Assembly: GCA_025061115.1 (NCBI GenBank)
Contig: JANZKC010000004.1
Span: 96,001-160,000, forward strand
Direction of reading: 5' to 3'
Source of the DNA: Candidatus Culexmicrobium cathedralense
GTDB taxonomy: Archaea > Thermoproteota > Methanomethylicia > Culexarchaeales > Culexmicrobiaceae
Length of the DNA stretch: 64,000 nucleotides
This document shows positions 1-9,560 of this stretch, one piece after another. The notes beneath the pieces are model-generated. The model was not told the DNA's origin, made no database searches, and saw nothing but the letters and a program-made list of their open reading frames with translations. Each line of letters opens with the position of its first letter. The stretch's first letter is position 1. Made by a program: the position numbers and the translations under genes.

Positions 1-649
1 GCCTAGAAATGTACTCTGCATGCTTAACCACTATGTTCGCTGAGAGAACTGCCAGTGACGCAGCGTAATCTCCGTAGTACTCTCCCCTAAGCTTATGGGC
101 TAGCCTCCAGTCTCTAACCGCCGTGAATTTAGCAATGATGTCGCCGCATCCGCTGGCGAGCAGCCTGTATGGCGCTTGAATTATGAGGTCCACGTCTGCT
201 ATGATGGCAACTGGAGGTTTTGCCGGCATAGAGGTGGGGCCGTTCAGCCCCCTTAGCGATGCACGTGGAGAAGCTATTCCATCATGGCTTGCTGCCGTTG
301 GCATGCTTATAAATGGAATGTTTTCCTTGAATGCGGAGAGCTTCGCGATGTCTATTGCCTTTCCTCCTCCAACTCCTATAACTGCTCTAGCTTTAACTTC
401 CCTAACCAGCTCTCTAACCTTATTGACTTCAGCTATTGACGACTCAGCCGAAACGTGGATTGTGGCATTTATCTTTGATTCTTCAAGGATTTCTTTCACC
501 CTATCGCCTGCAATTCTCCTAACTTTAGGTCCAGTTACGATTACTGCAGACTCGCCTATTCCAAGACGTTTACAGACTTGAGCAATTAAATTCAGCGTTC
601 CTGAGCCAACTACGATATCCTGGGGGAGCTTTATTTCGTGAATTCTCAT
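1..649 (-). CDS. egsA: NAD(P)-dependent glycerol-1-phosphate dehydrogenase (runs off window edge)
   Basis: Manual translation from ATG at 649: MRIHEIKLPQDIVVGSG...IGVGGGKAIDIAK...PTAASHDGIASP...LASGCGDIIAKFTAVRDW; not in ORF track because truncated. Confidence 0.93.
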   Translation of the reverse strand, partial: MRIHEIKLPQDIVVGSGTLNLIAQVCKRLGIGESAVIVTGPKVRRIAGDRVKEILEESKINATIHVSAESSIAEVNKVRELVREVKARAVIGVGGGKAIDIAKLSAFKENIPFISMPTAASHDGIASPRASLRGLNGPTSMPAKPPVAIIADVDLIIQAPYRLLASGCGDIIAKFTAVRDWRLAHKLRGEYYGDYAASLAVLSANIVVKHAEYISR

Positions 650-773
650 TTAATCACAGCCTTAAGGCTCTTCAAACTACTTACTAAAATTTAAAGTAAC
701 ACTTAAATAGTCGTCGCTATTCACTTTATGCGAAGCTTTTACGCGCAGCTACTTTTCGCTGGAGGAGCACTTC

Positions 774-1421
774 ATGATGCATCCTAATTTCACAGGAGGG
801 CAAGTTGATTCTTCGCTGAAGATTGCGGTTACTGGGACAACTACAGTTGGTGTAATTTGCCGTGATGGCGTGATCCTTGGAGCTGATCGAAGGGTCACCG
901 CAGGGCACTACATCGTTCACAAGAAAGTTAAGAAGATATTCAAGCTCGATGAGCATCTGGCTGCGACGATGGCCGGAGTGGTTGCGGATGCCCAGCAGAT
1001 AATGGAGGTGGCGAGCTCCAACATTAAGCTTTATAGGTACTCGACTGGAGTGCCAATTAAAGTTAAGTCAGCAGCAACTCTATTGTCCAACATCTTGGCC
1101 GGCGCGAGGCTGCTGCCCTACATAGTTCAAGTGCTAGTTGGAGGAGTGGATGTCACTGGGCCAAGGCTATTCTCATTGGATCCCTTCGGATCTCTAACTG
1201 AGGAGACTTTCATAGCGACTGGCTCCGGCTCGCCGGCTGCATTAGGGGTGTTGGAGGATGCCTATAAGCCTGAAATGAGCGTTGATGAAGCTCTAAAAGT
1301 GGTAGTTAGAGCGATTAAGGCTGCTATGAAGAGGGACCCCGCAAGTGGAGAGGGTTTCGACTTAGTTGTGATTACTCGTGAAGGCTGCCGAGAGCTGCCT
1401 TGCGAGCAGATTGAAGGGTAG
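774..1421 (+). CDS. psmB: Proteasome beta subunit
   Basis: Propeptide then TGTTTVG, GADRRVT, GSGS, RDPASG motifs; adjacent to aCPSF1 as is usual in archaea. Confidence 0.95.
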   Translation: MMHPNFTGGQVDSSLKIAVTGTTTVGVICRDGVILGADRRVTAGHYIVHKKVKKIFKLDEHLAATMAGVVADAQQIMEVASSNIKLYRYSTGVPIKVKSAATLLSNILAGARLLPYIVQVLVGGVDVTGPRLFSLDPFGSLTEETFIATGSGSPAALGVLEDAYKPEMSVDEALKVVVRAIKAAMKRDPASGEGFDLVVITREGCRELPCEQIEG

Positions 1422-1459
1422 TGCAATAATCGTAAAGGCGGTATAGGTGGAGGTTCAAC

Positions 1460-3373
1460 ATGGTGATTGAAGATACGTTAGTGATGATTAGAGAGGTTAT
1501 CTTGAAAACGGTTCCGCTTGATGCGCGCATCACTAGAATTGAATTTGAAGGCCCTGAAATAGCAATATACTCGGCGAACCCTAAAGTCCTAATTGAAGAC
1601 GAGTCCATAGTCCGCAAAATAGCTAAGGTAATTAAAAAGAGGATTATTGTTAGAAGCGACCCGAAGGTTAGAGCACCTCAAGATAGAGTTGTTGAAGTTG
1701 TAAAGGAGAAGATTCCACCTGAAATTCAAGTTGGAGAAATATACTTCGATGACTCTTTTGGCGAAGTGATCATAGAGGTCGACAAGCCAGGCCTAGTTAT
1801 AGTTAAGCACGGTGATGCTCTAAGGCAAATAGCCTTAGAAACCAATTGGCGGCCGAGAGTTATTAGAAAGCCTCCCATGAATTCGATAACCTTGGATTGG
1901 GTTAAAAGCCTCACTCTCCAGGAAAGTAATTACAGGAAGAAAATTTTGCGAAACGTCGGCTCCCGCATTCACCGCCCAATTGTGTTTAAGTCAGGCGACA
2001 TACGCATAACATGCCTGGGAGGCTTCAGGGAGGTTGGCCGCTCAGCAATACTCGTAGAGACACCTGAAAGCATGATTCTGCTGGACTGCGGCGTGAAAAC
2101 AGGAGTTTCATACTCCATAAACGAGTTTCCGCGGCTTGACGCGCCTGAATTTGACATTGAGCGGCTTGATGCAGTCGTAATTTCTCATGCCCACCTAGAT
2201 CACTGCGGCTTCCTTCCCTTCCTATTCAAGTACGGTTATGATGGGCCGGTTTACTGCACTAAGCCCACGAGGGATTTGATGGCCCTCCTCCAAGTAGATT
2301 ACCTGGAAGTAGCAGCGAGAGAGGGCGGATTGACGCCATATACCATGAGGGAAGTGCGTGAAGCACTGCTACATACTATCCCTCTGGACTTTGGAGAGGT
2401 AACGGATATAGCGCCTGATGTCAGATTAACCTTCCATAACTCAGGCCACATATTGGGCTCAGCCATGGTTCACCTGCATATAGGTGAAGGAGCACACAAC
2501 CTCGTGTACACCGGCGATTTCAAGTTTGGCAGAACGCGTCTGCTGGAGCCTGCCACCTACGTCTTTCCTAGAGTTGAGACGTTAATTATTGAGAGCACTT
2601 ACGGTGCTCCATCCGACGTTCTTCCACAGCGAATTGAAGCTGAGCATCAGCTAATAGAAATCGTCAGCCAAACAATAAGCCGAGGAGGGAAGGTGCTCAT
2701 TCCAGTATTATCTGTTGGAAGAGCTCAGGAGATAATGCTTGTGTTAAATGAAGCTTTCACTATGAAGTACCTGCCAAAGGTGCCAGTTTACGTTGAAGGG
2801 ATGGTTCAGGAAGCAACAGCCATTCACATGGCATATCCTGAAAACCTTTCAAAGTCATTGAGAGAGAAGATGCTTCACAAGAATGAGAACCCATTCATGG
2901 GAGAAGAATTTCACCTCGTCTCTCCAAGAACTAATAGGGAGGAGCTCGTGGAAGGTGACCCCTGCATAATAATTGCCACTTCAGGAATGCTCACAGGCGG
3001 CCCAGCACTAGAATACTTCAGACTCATGGCTTCGGACGAGAAGAACTCAATCGTATTCGTTTCATATCAAATTTCGGGGACACTTGGACGCAGAGTTCTA
3101 AGCGGAGTGAAGGAAATTCCAATAGTAACTCGAGGAGGTAAAAGCGAAATAATTCAAGTGAAACTTCGAGTGCATTCAATTCAAGGATTCTCAGGGCATA
3201 GCGATAGGCGGCAGCTACTTGGCTTCATGAAGAGAGTTACTCCAAGGCCGGAGAAAGTCATAGTGTGCCATGGAGAGGAGGCTAAAGCTGTAAATCTAGC
3301 AGAAACATTTCAGCAAATATTTAAGGTAAATGCTTACGCTCCACACAACTTGGAAACCATTCGCCTAAAGTAG
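1460..3373 (+). CDS. fttA: KH-domain beta-CASP ribonuclease aCPSF1 / transcription termination factor
   Basis: N-terminal KH region, LGGFREVGRS, HAHLDH, GHILGS, FSGHSDR motifs; 637 aa. Confidence 0.95.
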   Translation: MVIEDTLVMIREVILKTVPLDARITRIEFEGPEIAIYSANPKVLIEDESIVRKIAKVIKKRIIVRSDPKVRAPQDRVVEVVKEKIPPEIQVGEIYFDDSFGEVIIEVDKPGLVIVKHGDALRQIALETNWRPRVIRKPPMNSITLDWVKSLTLQESNYRKKILRNVGSRIHRPIVFKSGDIRITCLGGFREVGRSAILVETPESMILLDCGVKTGVSYSINEFPRLDAPEFDIERLDAVVISHAHLDHCGFLPFLFKYGYDGPVYCTKPTRDLMALLQVDYLEVAAREGGLTPYTMREVREALLHTIPLDFGEVTDIAPDVRLTFHNSGHILGSAMVHLHIGEGAHNLVYTGDFKFGRTRLLEPATYVFPRVETLIIESTYGAPSDVLPQRIEAEHQLIEIVSQTISRGGKVLIPVLSVGRAQEIMLVLNEAFTMKYLPKVPVYVEGMVQEATAIHMAYPENLSKSLREKMLHKNENPFMGEEFHLVSPRTNREELVEGDPCIIIATSGMLTGGPALEYFRLMASDEKNSIVFVSYQISGTLGRRVLSGVKEIPIVTRGGKSEIIQVKLRVHSIQGFSGHSDRRQLLGFMKRVTPRPEKVIVCHGEEAKAVNLAETFQQIFKVNAYAPHNLETIRLK

Positions 3374-3381
3374 TAGGGGTC

Positions 3382-3933
3382 TCACCTATACACTTCACGA
3401 AGTAGCCTCCACAGCCTATCGCCGACATAGTGCAGGTTTTTGACGACCTTGCCCTTCTTGATGTTCTTCAATTCGGCTGAAGATGTGAGCGCAATGCCGA
3501 TTGCTATAACTTTTTGATACATTTCATCGACGATAGCCACTGGATCTCCAGTTTCAAATGCTCCTTCAGTTCGAACCACTCCAGGAGCCATCACGTCAGC
3601 TCCATTAGCAATATGGGGGATTGCTCCTCGATCAACGACTATTTTGGGGAGGTCCTCGGAGCAAACATGCATTGCAGTTATTGTAGGTATAAGCGTGTTC
3701 TCATTGAGCTTGATTAGCACCGGGCGCCCATCTATGGAGTAGATTTCATGTCCCTTATTCGTAACCATGTACTCGACATTAACTCTTTTGGAGCTAATCG
3801 CCAATGAAGCATAGAGCTTCGGGTACAGCTTGCTCAACATGTGCAAAATACTTTTTGTTTCTCTCCCCCTTAAAGGGTGTCTGTGCTTCACTTTCAACGC
3901 TGCCCCTCCCGAAACCTGATTAACAGCTAGCAA
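3382..3933 (-). CDS. PUA-domain RNA-binding protein (DUF1947/PUA, MCT-1-like)
   Basis: VVDRGAIPHIANGADVMAPGV...LHYVGD. Confidence 0.9.
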   Translation of the reverse strand: MLAVNQVSGGAALKVKHRHPLRGRETKSILHMLSKLYPKLYASLAISSKRVNVEYMVTNKGHEIYSIDGRPVLIKLNENTLIPTITAMHVCSEDLPKIVVDRGAIPHIANGADVMAPGVVRTEGAFETGDPVAIVDEMYQKVIAIGIALTSSAELKNIKKGKVVKNLHYVGDRLWRLLREVYR

Positions 3934-3982
3934 CCGTTATTTTTAAATTGTAGCGATTATTTTACCATGACAGCAGACACTG

Positions 3983-4222
3983 GTGATGTCAATGGCAGAG
4001 TCTACGACTATTGAAGTCCTATCCAAGGCTCTTGGAGGCCTTGTTCTAGTTAAGCTTAAGGGCGGTAGAGCTCTTAGAGGAATTTTAAAGAGCTTTGATC
4101 AACACTTAAACCTCGTGTTGGAGGACGCTGAGGAAATAGTTGAAAGTGGAGAGCCGAAGAAGCTTGGAACACTTATTATTAGAGGCGACAACGTCGTTTT
4201 AATATCGCCCTCCGAAACGTGA
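3983..4222 (+). CDS. Sm-like (LSm) protein
   Basis: [19 protein letters not shown]...[11 protein letters not shown]; immediately upstream of rpl37e. Confidence 0.95.
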   Translation: MMSMAESTTIEVLSKALGGLVLVKLKGGRALRGILKSFDQHLNLVLEDAEEIVESGEPKKLGTLIIRGDNVVLISPSET

Positions 4223-4236
4223 TGGGGGAATAGTAA

Positions 4237-4425
4237 ATGACTAAAGGAACACCGTCATTTGGCAAGAGAGGTAGGCGTAAAACGCACATACGCTGCAGGC
4301 GATGTGGAAGGCACTCTTATCACATTAGGAAGAAGTACTGTGCAGCATGCGGATTTGGAAGATCCAGTCGCATAAGAAGATATTCTTGGGCTAACAAGAA
4401 GGTCAATAGAGTTCGAGTGAGGTAA
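4237..4425 (+). CDS. rpl37e: 50S ribosomal protein L37e
   Basis: [10 protein letters not shown]...CRRCG...CAACGFG. Confidence 0.97.
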   Translation: MTKGTPSFGKRGRRKTHIRCRRCGRHSYHIRKKYCAACGFGRSSRIRRYSWANKKVNRVRVR

Positions 4426-4569
4426 ATAACTTAAATTGGATTCTACAACTTAAGCATTTGAGCCGACAATTTAATGGGCGGAAAGCCTATTCAATTATGT
4501 GCGCTAAGTGCTCATGAGAACTTTCAGCTTTCACTAAAAGCCGTAGCTGAAGCAGCTAAAAGTAGTTGT

Positions 4570-4646
4570 TGGTGGACCGGGCGGGATTTGAACCCGCGCC
4601 CTCCCGCATGCCAAGCGGGCGCTCTTCCAGTCTGAGCTACCGGCCC
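4570..4646 (-). tRNA. tRNA-Ala(GGC), CCA encoded
   Basis: Reverse complement GGGCCGGTAGCTCAG...CCCGC-TTGGCAT-GCGGG...GTTCAAATCC...TCCACCA. Confidence 0.95.
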
Positions 4647-4749
4647 ACTAAAAATCGTGGATGGTTAAGATTTAAACTTTGCCTATATTGCCTTGCAGCT
4701 ATTCAGCACTCCGCAAGTGCACTTCTTTGCCAGTCCCTTATCACCTAAG

Positions 4750-5121
4750 TCAACTTAAAATTTCATTTAGGGCTTCCTCAACAGTCACTTCTCGCTTTAC
4801 CTTAAATATCAATATGCCGTGCTGCTCCAGTATGGATGTAACGGTCGGCCCAATTTCCCGGGCAATTACAGCATTTATCCCCGAGTCTATGAGCATCTTA
4901 GCTACTATTGGCCCAACGCCATGGGAGTAGGAAAGCACGGGGTTCCTAAGCACTTTAACTTCCTTCACTTCTCCCTCCTTAACTTCGACTATGGTGAATG
5001 ATGGAGCTCTTCCGAAGACATTTGAAACCTTATCCTCCAATCCGCCCTCCCCAAATGATGGGATTGCAACAACCATTTTCCTACTCTTATCCAATCTGAG
5101 CACCATTTTGTGCAATTGCAC
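4750..5121 (-). CDS. NifB/NifX-family dinitrogenase FeMo-cofactor-binding-like protein
   Basis: VSNVFGRAPSFTIVE...HGVGP...IGP; true start probably near MVVAIPS. Confidence 0.85.
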   Translation of the reverse strand: MQLHKMVLRLDKSRKMVVAIPSFGEGGLEDKVSNVFGRAPSFTIVEVKEGEVKEVKVLRNPVLSYSHGVGPIVAKMLIDSGINAVIAREIGPTVTSILEQHGILIFKVKREVTVEEALNEILS

Positions 5122-5375
5122 TTAATTATTTAAGAATTTATCGCTAATTTGGAAATTGCTGTTGGAGCTCCCTGCCCAGATCTAAATGTCTTTTTAATTT
5201 TTTCATAAAAATCTTAAGATTATTTGTATAGTGGCCAGAATTTAGGGAGAAACGAGCTAACCCTTCTCTTCTTTTGAGTAACCGATTTCTACGAATCCGG
5301 TAACAATAGATATTATTGCTTCTAAAGAATGAATTCAGCTGTAGCAGTTCTATAGAGGAAACTTAAGATAATTTT

Positions 5376-5462
5376 TGGAGCCCCGGGCGGGATTTGAACC
5401 CGCGACCAACGGCTTTCCTGCATTGTTACAAGGCCGCCGCTCTACCGCTGAGCTACCGGGGC
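5376..5462 (-). tRNA. tRNA-Thr(UGU) with 12-nt intron at 37/38 (5415-5426)
   Basis: Cloverleaf with GCGGC-CTTGTA[ACAATGCAGGAA]A-GCCGT; 75 nt after intron removal; CCA encoded. Confidence 0.92.
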
Positions 5463-5479
5463 TCCTCCAGCAATATAGG

Positions 5480-6076
5480 TTAATTGGAGTGGAATTTATT
5501 TTTTAAGGTGAAGTACGCGGGGGAAAGCCCCTTAGCTATGATGTTTGCAATTCTTAGAGGCTCCGGAGTTCTCCCCCAAACTGTGATTTTCCGCAAAAAT
5601 TCCTCTGCCTCACTCAGCGTCGTGCCGATAACTTCCACGTATAGGGGGTTTTCTTCAGGTTTAACTTGCACCATATGTATTCCCTTGGAAGCTTCAATTA
5701 CTCTCTCTATAATTCTCCACCTCACCCTCCAGTCGCTGAAGTGTTTTTGAAGGGCGCTTAGAACCTCCCTATTATTAGGCTTGTCCTTGCTTACGATCAC
5801 CAATGGGACTTTGAACTTCCTCCACAGCTTTACGGCATCTATTAGGTTGAATCCTGCGAATGATATTCCTCCGAGAAGTACGTAATCTATTGGAGCAGCC
5901 TTATCTAAGATTAGTGCGGCCTTTTCTGTGGCGTCGAGTCCATCCACTTCAATGCTCTCACTTACAATTTTCACTATTCTCATACCGCTCAACTTAACTC
6001 CTACGAGTAGAGTCTTCCCTCCTCTTTTCGGGCGCTTACTTGGAAGTTTTCCATCTTCAATTCCAAGAATTCTCAT
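5480..6076 (-). CDS. DUF99 family (endonuclease V-like) protein
   Basis: ILGIEDG...VDGLDATE...GISFAGFNLID...PEPLRIA. Confidence 0.88.
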   Translation of the reverse strand: MRILGIEDGKLPSKRPKRGGKTLLVGVKLSGMRIVKIVSESIEVDGLDATEKAALILDKAAPIDYVLLGGISFAGFNLIDAVKLWRKFKVPLVIVSKDKPNNREVLSALQKHFSDWRVRWRIIERVIEASKGIHMVQVKPEENPLYVEVIGTTLSEAEEFLRKITVWGRTPEPLRIANIIAKGLSPAYFTLKNKFHSN

Positions 6077-7284
6077 TTCATCCCTGCCTGTCCAACGGCT
6101 TTAGCTAGAAATTCATCGCTTAGCAGTCCTTCCCTTAAGCTCTTCTCGCTTATGCTTAGCCTAATAACTTTAGTTCTTCCATATCTCCCTTTACTAACGA
6201 CCTTGGCATTCACTATTCCAAGCATGTCCAGCTCATTGATTAGATCGGTCACTCTTCTTTGAGTCAGCTCGTCTAAACTTAGTTGCTTGCACATTTCCCT
6301 ATAGGCATTGTACAGCTCTCCAGTAGTTGCCTCCTTCTTGCCTGAAGTGCTTAGTAAGTGTAAGGCCAGCACCACTATCTTTGAGTGGAGAGGCAGGGTT
6401 CTAAGCACTTCAACAACTCTATCCCTTTCAATTTCTCTATGTGCTTTGCGCACGTGCTCAACTCTAACTTTATCGCAGCCTTCTCGCTCAGCTATTTCGC
6501 CGGCAATTCTCAGTAGGTCAAGAGCCCTCCTTGCGTCTCCATGTTCCTTAGCGGCTAAGGCGGCGCAGAGCTCAATCACTCCCTCCTCAATCACCCCGGG
6601 CTTAAAGGCATCTCGTGCCCTCATCCTTAAGATATCTTCAAGCTCTGGAGCAGTATATGGCGGGAAGACGAGCTCTTCCTCGCCTAGGCTGCTTAGAACT
6701 CTAGCGCTTAGGTAGTCGGTGAACTTCAGGTCATTTGTTATTCCTATAATGCATACTTTAGACCTGCGTAGCTCGGTGTGAACTCTAGTTAGCTTGTATA
6801 GCAGGTCATCTCCACTTTTCTTTACTAGGGCGTCGACTTCGTCTAAAACTACAATTAATATTCCTCCACGCCTATCTATTCCTCCAATGAACCTCTTAAA
6901 GACCTCAGCTGTTGACAGCCCTGTGAAAGGCACTTGAACGCCAACTGCCTCGCATAACTTTGCAAGCACTCTGTAGTTGGTGTCTTCATGTCTGCAGTTG
7001 ACGTACACCGTAGATAGCTCTGTTTCAGCTCTCCTCCTCTTCTCCAAAGCCTTAAGCACGTGCTTTGTAACGGCAGTCTTTCCAGTTCCAGTTAACCCGT
7101 AAAGGAAGACGTTTGAAGGTCTCTCGCCTTGAAGGGCTGGAGCAAGTATCTTAGCTAGAGCTACAATTTGATTCTCCCTATGCGGAAGCTCATCTGGAAT
7201 GTAGTCTGGCCTCAAAAGCTCCCTATTCTTGAAGATCTTGGAGTATAGCACCCTCGAAAACAGCTCATCAAGTATCTTCGACAA
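6073..7284 (-). CDS. cdc6: Orc1/Cdc6 replication initiator
   Basis: PDELPHRE, Walker A GLTGTGKT, Walker B LDEVD, HGDARRALDLLR, C-terminal wHTH SKGRYGRT. Confidence 0.96.
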   Translation of the reverse strand: MSKILDELFSRVLYSKIFKNRELLRPDYIPDELPHRENQIVALAKILAPALQGERPSNVFLYGLTGTGKTAVTKHVLKALEKRRRAETELSTVYVNCRHEDTNYRVLAKLCEAVGVQVPFTGLSTAEVFKRFIGGIDRRGGILIVVLDEVDALVKKSGDDLLYKLTRVHTELRRSKVCIIGITNDLKFTDYLSARVLSSLGEEELVFPPYTAPELEDILRMRARDAFKPGVIEEGVIELCAALAAKEHGDARRALDLLRIAGEIAEREGCDKVRVEHVRKAHREIERDRVVEVLRTLPLHSKIVVLALHLLSTSGKKEATTGELYNAYREMCKQLSLDELTQRRVTDLINELDMLGIVNAKVVSKGRYGRTKVIRLSISEKSLREGLLSDEFLAKAVGQAGMK

Positions 7285-7302
7285 ACTTTCACCAGCAGGT
7301 TA

Positions 7303-7320
7303 TTCCATTTGAAATATGGG
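7303..7320 (+). promoter_or_regulatory. Possible single ORB-like (Cdc6-binding) element upstream of cdc6
   Basis: TTCCATTTGAAATATGGG resembles the ORB core TTCCAxTxGAAA followed by a G-string. Confidence 0.35.
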
Positions 7321-7402
7321 TATATAACCTTTCATGCAATTAAAATGCTTGCTCAGCCAAGCGAATATATACCTTCAATCAACGTATTATCATGGTGACG
7401 CC

Positions 7403-7744
7403 ATGGCTTTTAGAAGAGGATACAAAGCCGAAATCGAGCTAGTTGCAATGCTCAAATCCAATGGGTTCTATGCTGTTAGGCTTCCAATAAGTGGAGGGAG
7501 AAGTTTCCCATGCGACGTCTTAGCAGCTAAGGGAGACGATAGAAGAGCATACCAAGTTAAAGAAACGAAAGCTGACAGGGTTTACTTAAGCAAAGATGAG
7601 GTCGCGTTGCTCCTCAACTTCAGCAAAGCCTTCAACTTCAAAGCCTACGTGGCCGTAAAGTGGAAGGGGCGGAGAAAGAAGAAGTGGACCTTCATAGAAG
7701 TGAAAAGCGCTGAGCCGCTGAAAATAAAGTACGAAGAAACTTAA
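7403..7744 (+). CDS. hjc: Holliday junction resolvase Hjc
   Basis: From ATG 7403: RGYKAEIELVAML..GFYAVRLPISG...PCDVLA...QVK. Confidence 0.85.
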   Translation: MAFRRGYKAEIELVAMLKSNGFYAVRLPISGGRSFPCDVLAAKGDDRRAYQVKETKADRVYLSKDEVALLLNFSKAFNFKAYVAVKWKGRRKKKWTFIEVKSAEPLKIKYEET

Positions 7745-7929
7745 ACCTCACCAATCGCCTTAGAAATCTCCTCAATAATTCCAGATATCTTCTCTTTAAG
7801 AGACCTATCATCAGTAACTTTCTCATAAAGCCTCAAGGCCATAATAACAACTTCAACATCACCCTTTCTGAGAGGAATGAAAACTTTTGCCTCGGTCAAC
7901 GCAAATCCCACCATACGGGCAGTGAACAC
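7741..7929 (-). CDS. Small hypothetical protein
   Basis: 62-aa ORF with plausible composition, convergent with hjc. Confidence 0.45.
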   Translation of the reverse strand: MFTARMVGFALTEAKVFIPLRKGDVEVVIMALRLYEKVTDDRSLKEKISGIIEEISKAIGEV

Positions 7930-8152
7930 TTAATTAATGATATATGCCCCTACCACTCTGAGTTCAAAGTGCTCCTACTAATATTTATAATTTTACAAAC
8001 GAAATCCTAAACCACCAACATAAACGCTTGAAAACCCAAGCAGAATACTCTAAAAATATTGAGTAAAAGTGAGTAGAAACCCTCTTACGTTGCCGTTATA
8101 CGTTCTTGGCTAGCATATCATCAAGCAGGGCGCTCAAGCTTAAGGTGCATTG

Positions 8153-8308
8153 TGGTGCGGGGGGTGGGATTCGAACCCACGCAGGCTTGCGCTGCCACCG
8201 GCATGATGCCAACCGGCAGCATCTACGCCACGGGATGGCTTATCTGGCCCCCGTGGTTGGGACTCGATCTTAAGTCCCGCGCCTTTGTCCTGACTCGGCC
8301 ACCCCCGC
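8153..8308 (-). tRNA. tRNA-Leu(UAA) with two introns (8237-8268 at 37/38; 8187-8222 in variable arm)
   Basis: Removing both gives an 88-nt type II tRNA (..CGGGA-CTTAAGA-TCCCG TGGCGTAGGCCT GCGTGGGTTCGAATCCC..ACCA); both junctions fold as bulge-helix-bulge. Confidence 0.9.
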
Positions 8309-8641
8309 GCTGTGCTATTTTAGTGTTATTTGTGGGTATTAATTTTTCTTTAATTTTGTTGTGTGGTGGAAGTGGGTGATTGCTACTTGCGGGTTTGGTG
8401 GGCTTTGTGCTTGTGGTATTTTGGATAGGTGATGGAAAGTTATGGGGTTGTTCTTAAGGGTTAGGCGCTTTAAAATGTGGACGGGCATCGGCTTTAGGGG
8501 AGTGTTATGCCTCTTGATGCTGAGCAATTATGTGAAGTGTTATGACGTAAATATGGTAATTGATACTAAGTCGGTTAAGTATTTATAATTATCATGTAAA
8601 GATTCCGTAATAGTAAAGCTGACTTAATTGAGAGGCGTAAT

Positions 8642-9279
8642 ATGAGTAATCTACATGGTTCCTCAGATTTTAGTGTTTCTGGGAAGGATGCGCTTATTGA
8701 AGGTCTTACGCTTCTTAAGGATGCTGCCCTATTGATGATTGTGTCGTCTCTTGCTGCGGGTTTAAGTGCGCTGACTGCTCTCTTTGGTTGGTGGGCTATG
8801 GTTCCCCATTTGCGCTTGATGCCGCTTATGCCGCTTGCAGGCTTTGGATGGGTCGTGATTATGGCTGTCGTTGCAGTAGTTGGAGCGATTATAGGTCTTT
8901 ATGCGTTGTTTGGTAAGCTCGTGCCTTCAACGGCGAAGCTTGCCGAGTATGATCCTGAATTCTCAATTAGTGCTACTCTTATCAAGGTGGGCTATGTGGG
9001 TGGCTTTATCCTTCTAGTATTGGGGTTCATCACTCTTATTCTGCTTATAGGGTTTTTCGTACTGATAGTGGCTGCAATATTTTTACTAATTGGAAGTATA
9101 GGGTTGCTCTACTATCCATTAAAATGCATAGCAAATTTGACTCAACAGTATTCTTAGTGGCGGGTATACTCTTCATTATAGGTATATTCATACCAGTAGT
9201 AAAGTTCATAGCGTGGATACTGGTGTATGCGGAATCAGGTACGTTAATAGGAAAACTACTTCATGGAAGCATTACTTAG
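8642..9279 (+). pseudogene. DUF973-like membrane protein, frameshifted near 9105
   Basis: Hydrophobic ORF 8642-9157; another frame continues LLSIKMHSKFDSTVFLVAGILFIIGIFIP..FIAWILVY to TAG 9279. Confidence 0.6.
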
Positions 9280-9431
9280 AGTTAATCAGCTACTTCCTCA
9301 TAAACGCTTGGCTAGTGACTTTATTACGTTATTCTCCATGTTGTTAACCGGCGAACCTATGCCTTTAACAGATTCGCCTTGCTGGTAATTTGTTAGTTTT
9401 AGCCGATCTAGTGCAGGTGTAGTACGTGGTA

Positions 9432-9508
9432 TGGCGGGCCCGGTGGGATTCGAACCCACGACCTCTGGCTCCGAAGGCCAGCGCTCTATCCAGCTAAGCT
9501 ACGGGCCC
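9432..9508 (-). tRNA. tRNA-Arg(UCG)
   Basis: Anticodon arm CTGGC-CTTCGGA-GCCAG; T-loop GTTCGAATCC; CCA encoded. Confidence 0.95.
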
Positions 9509-9560
9509 TACTTTTCACTGTTTGAGTGGATTGCTGGAGTTTAAAGTTTTCTTGTGGTTT

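Noticed and set aside
183-581. 132-aa plus-strand ORF
   Set aside because: Antisense shadow of egsA
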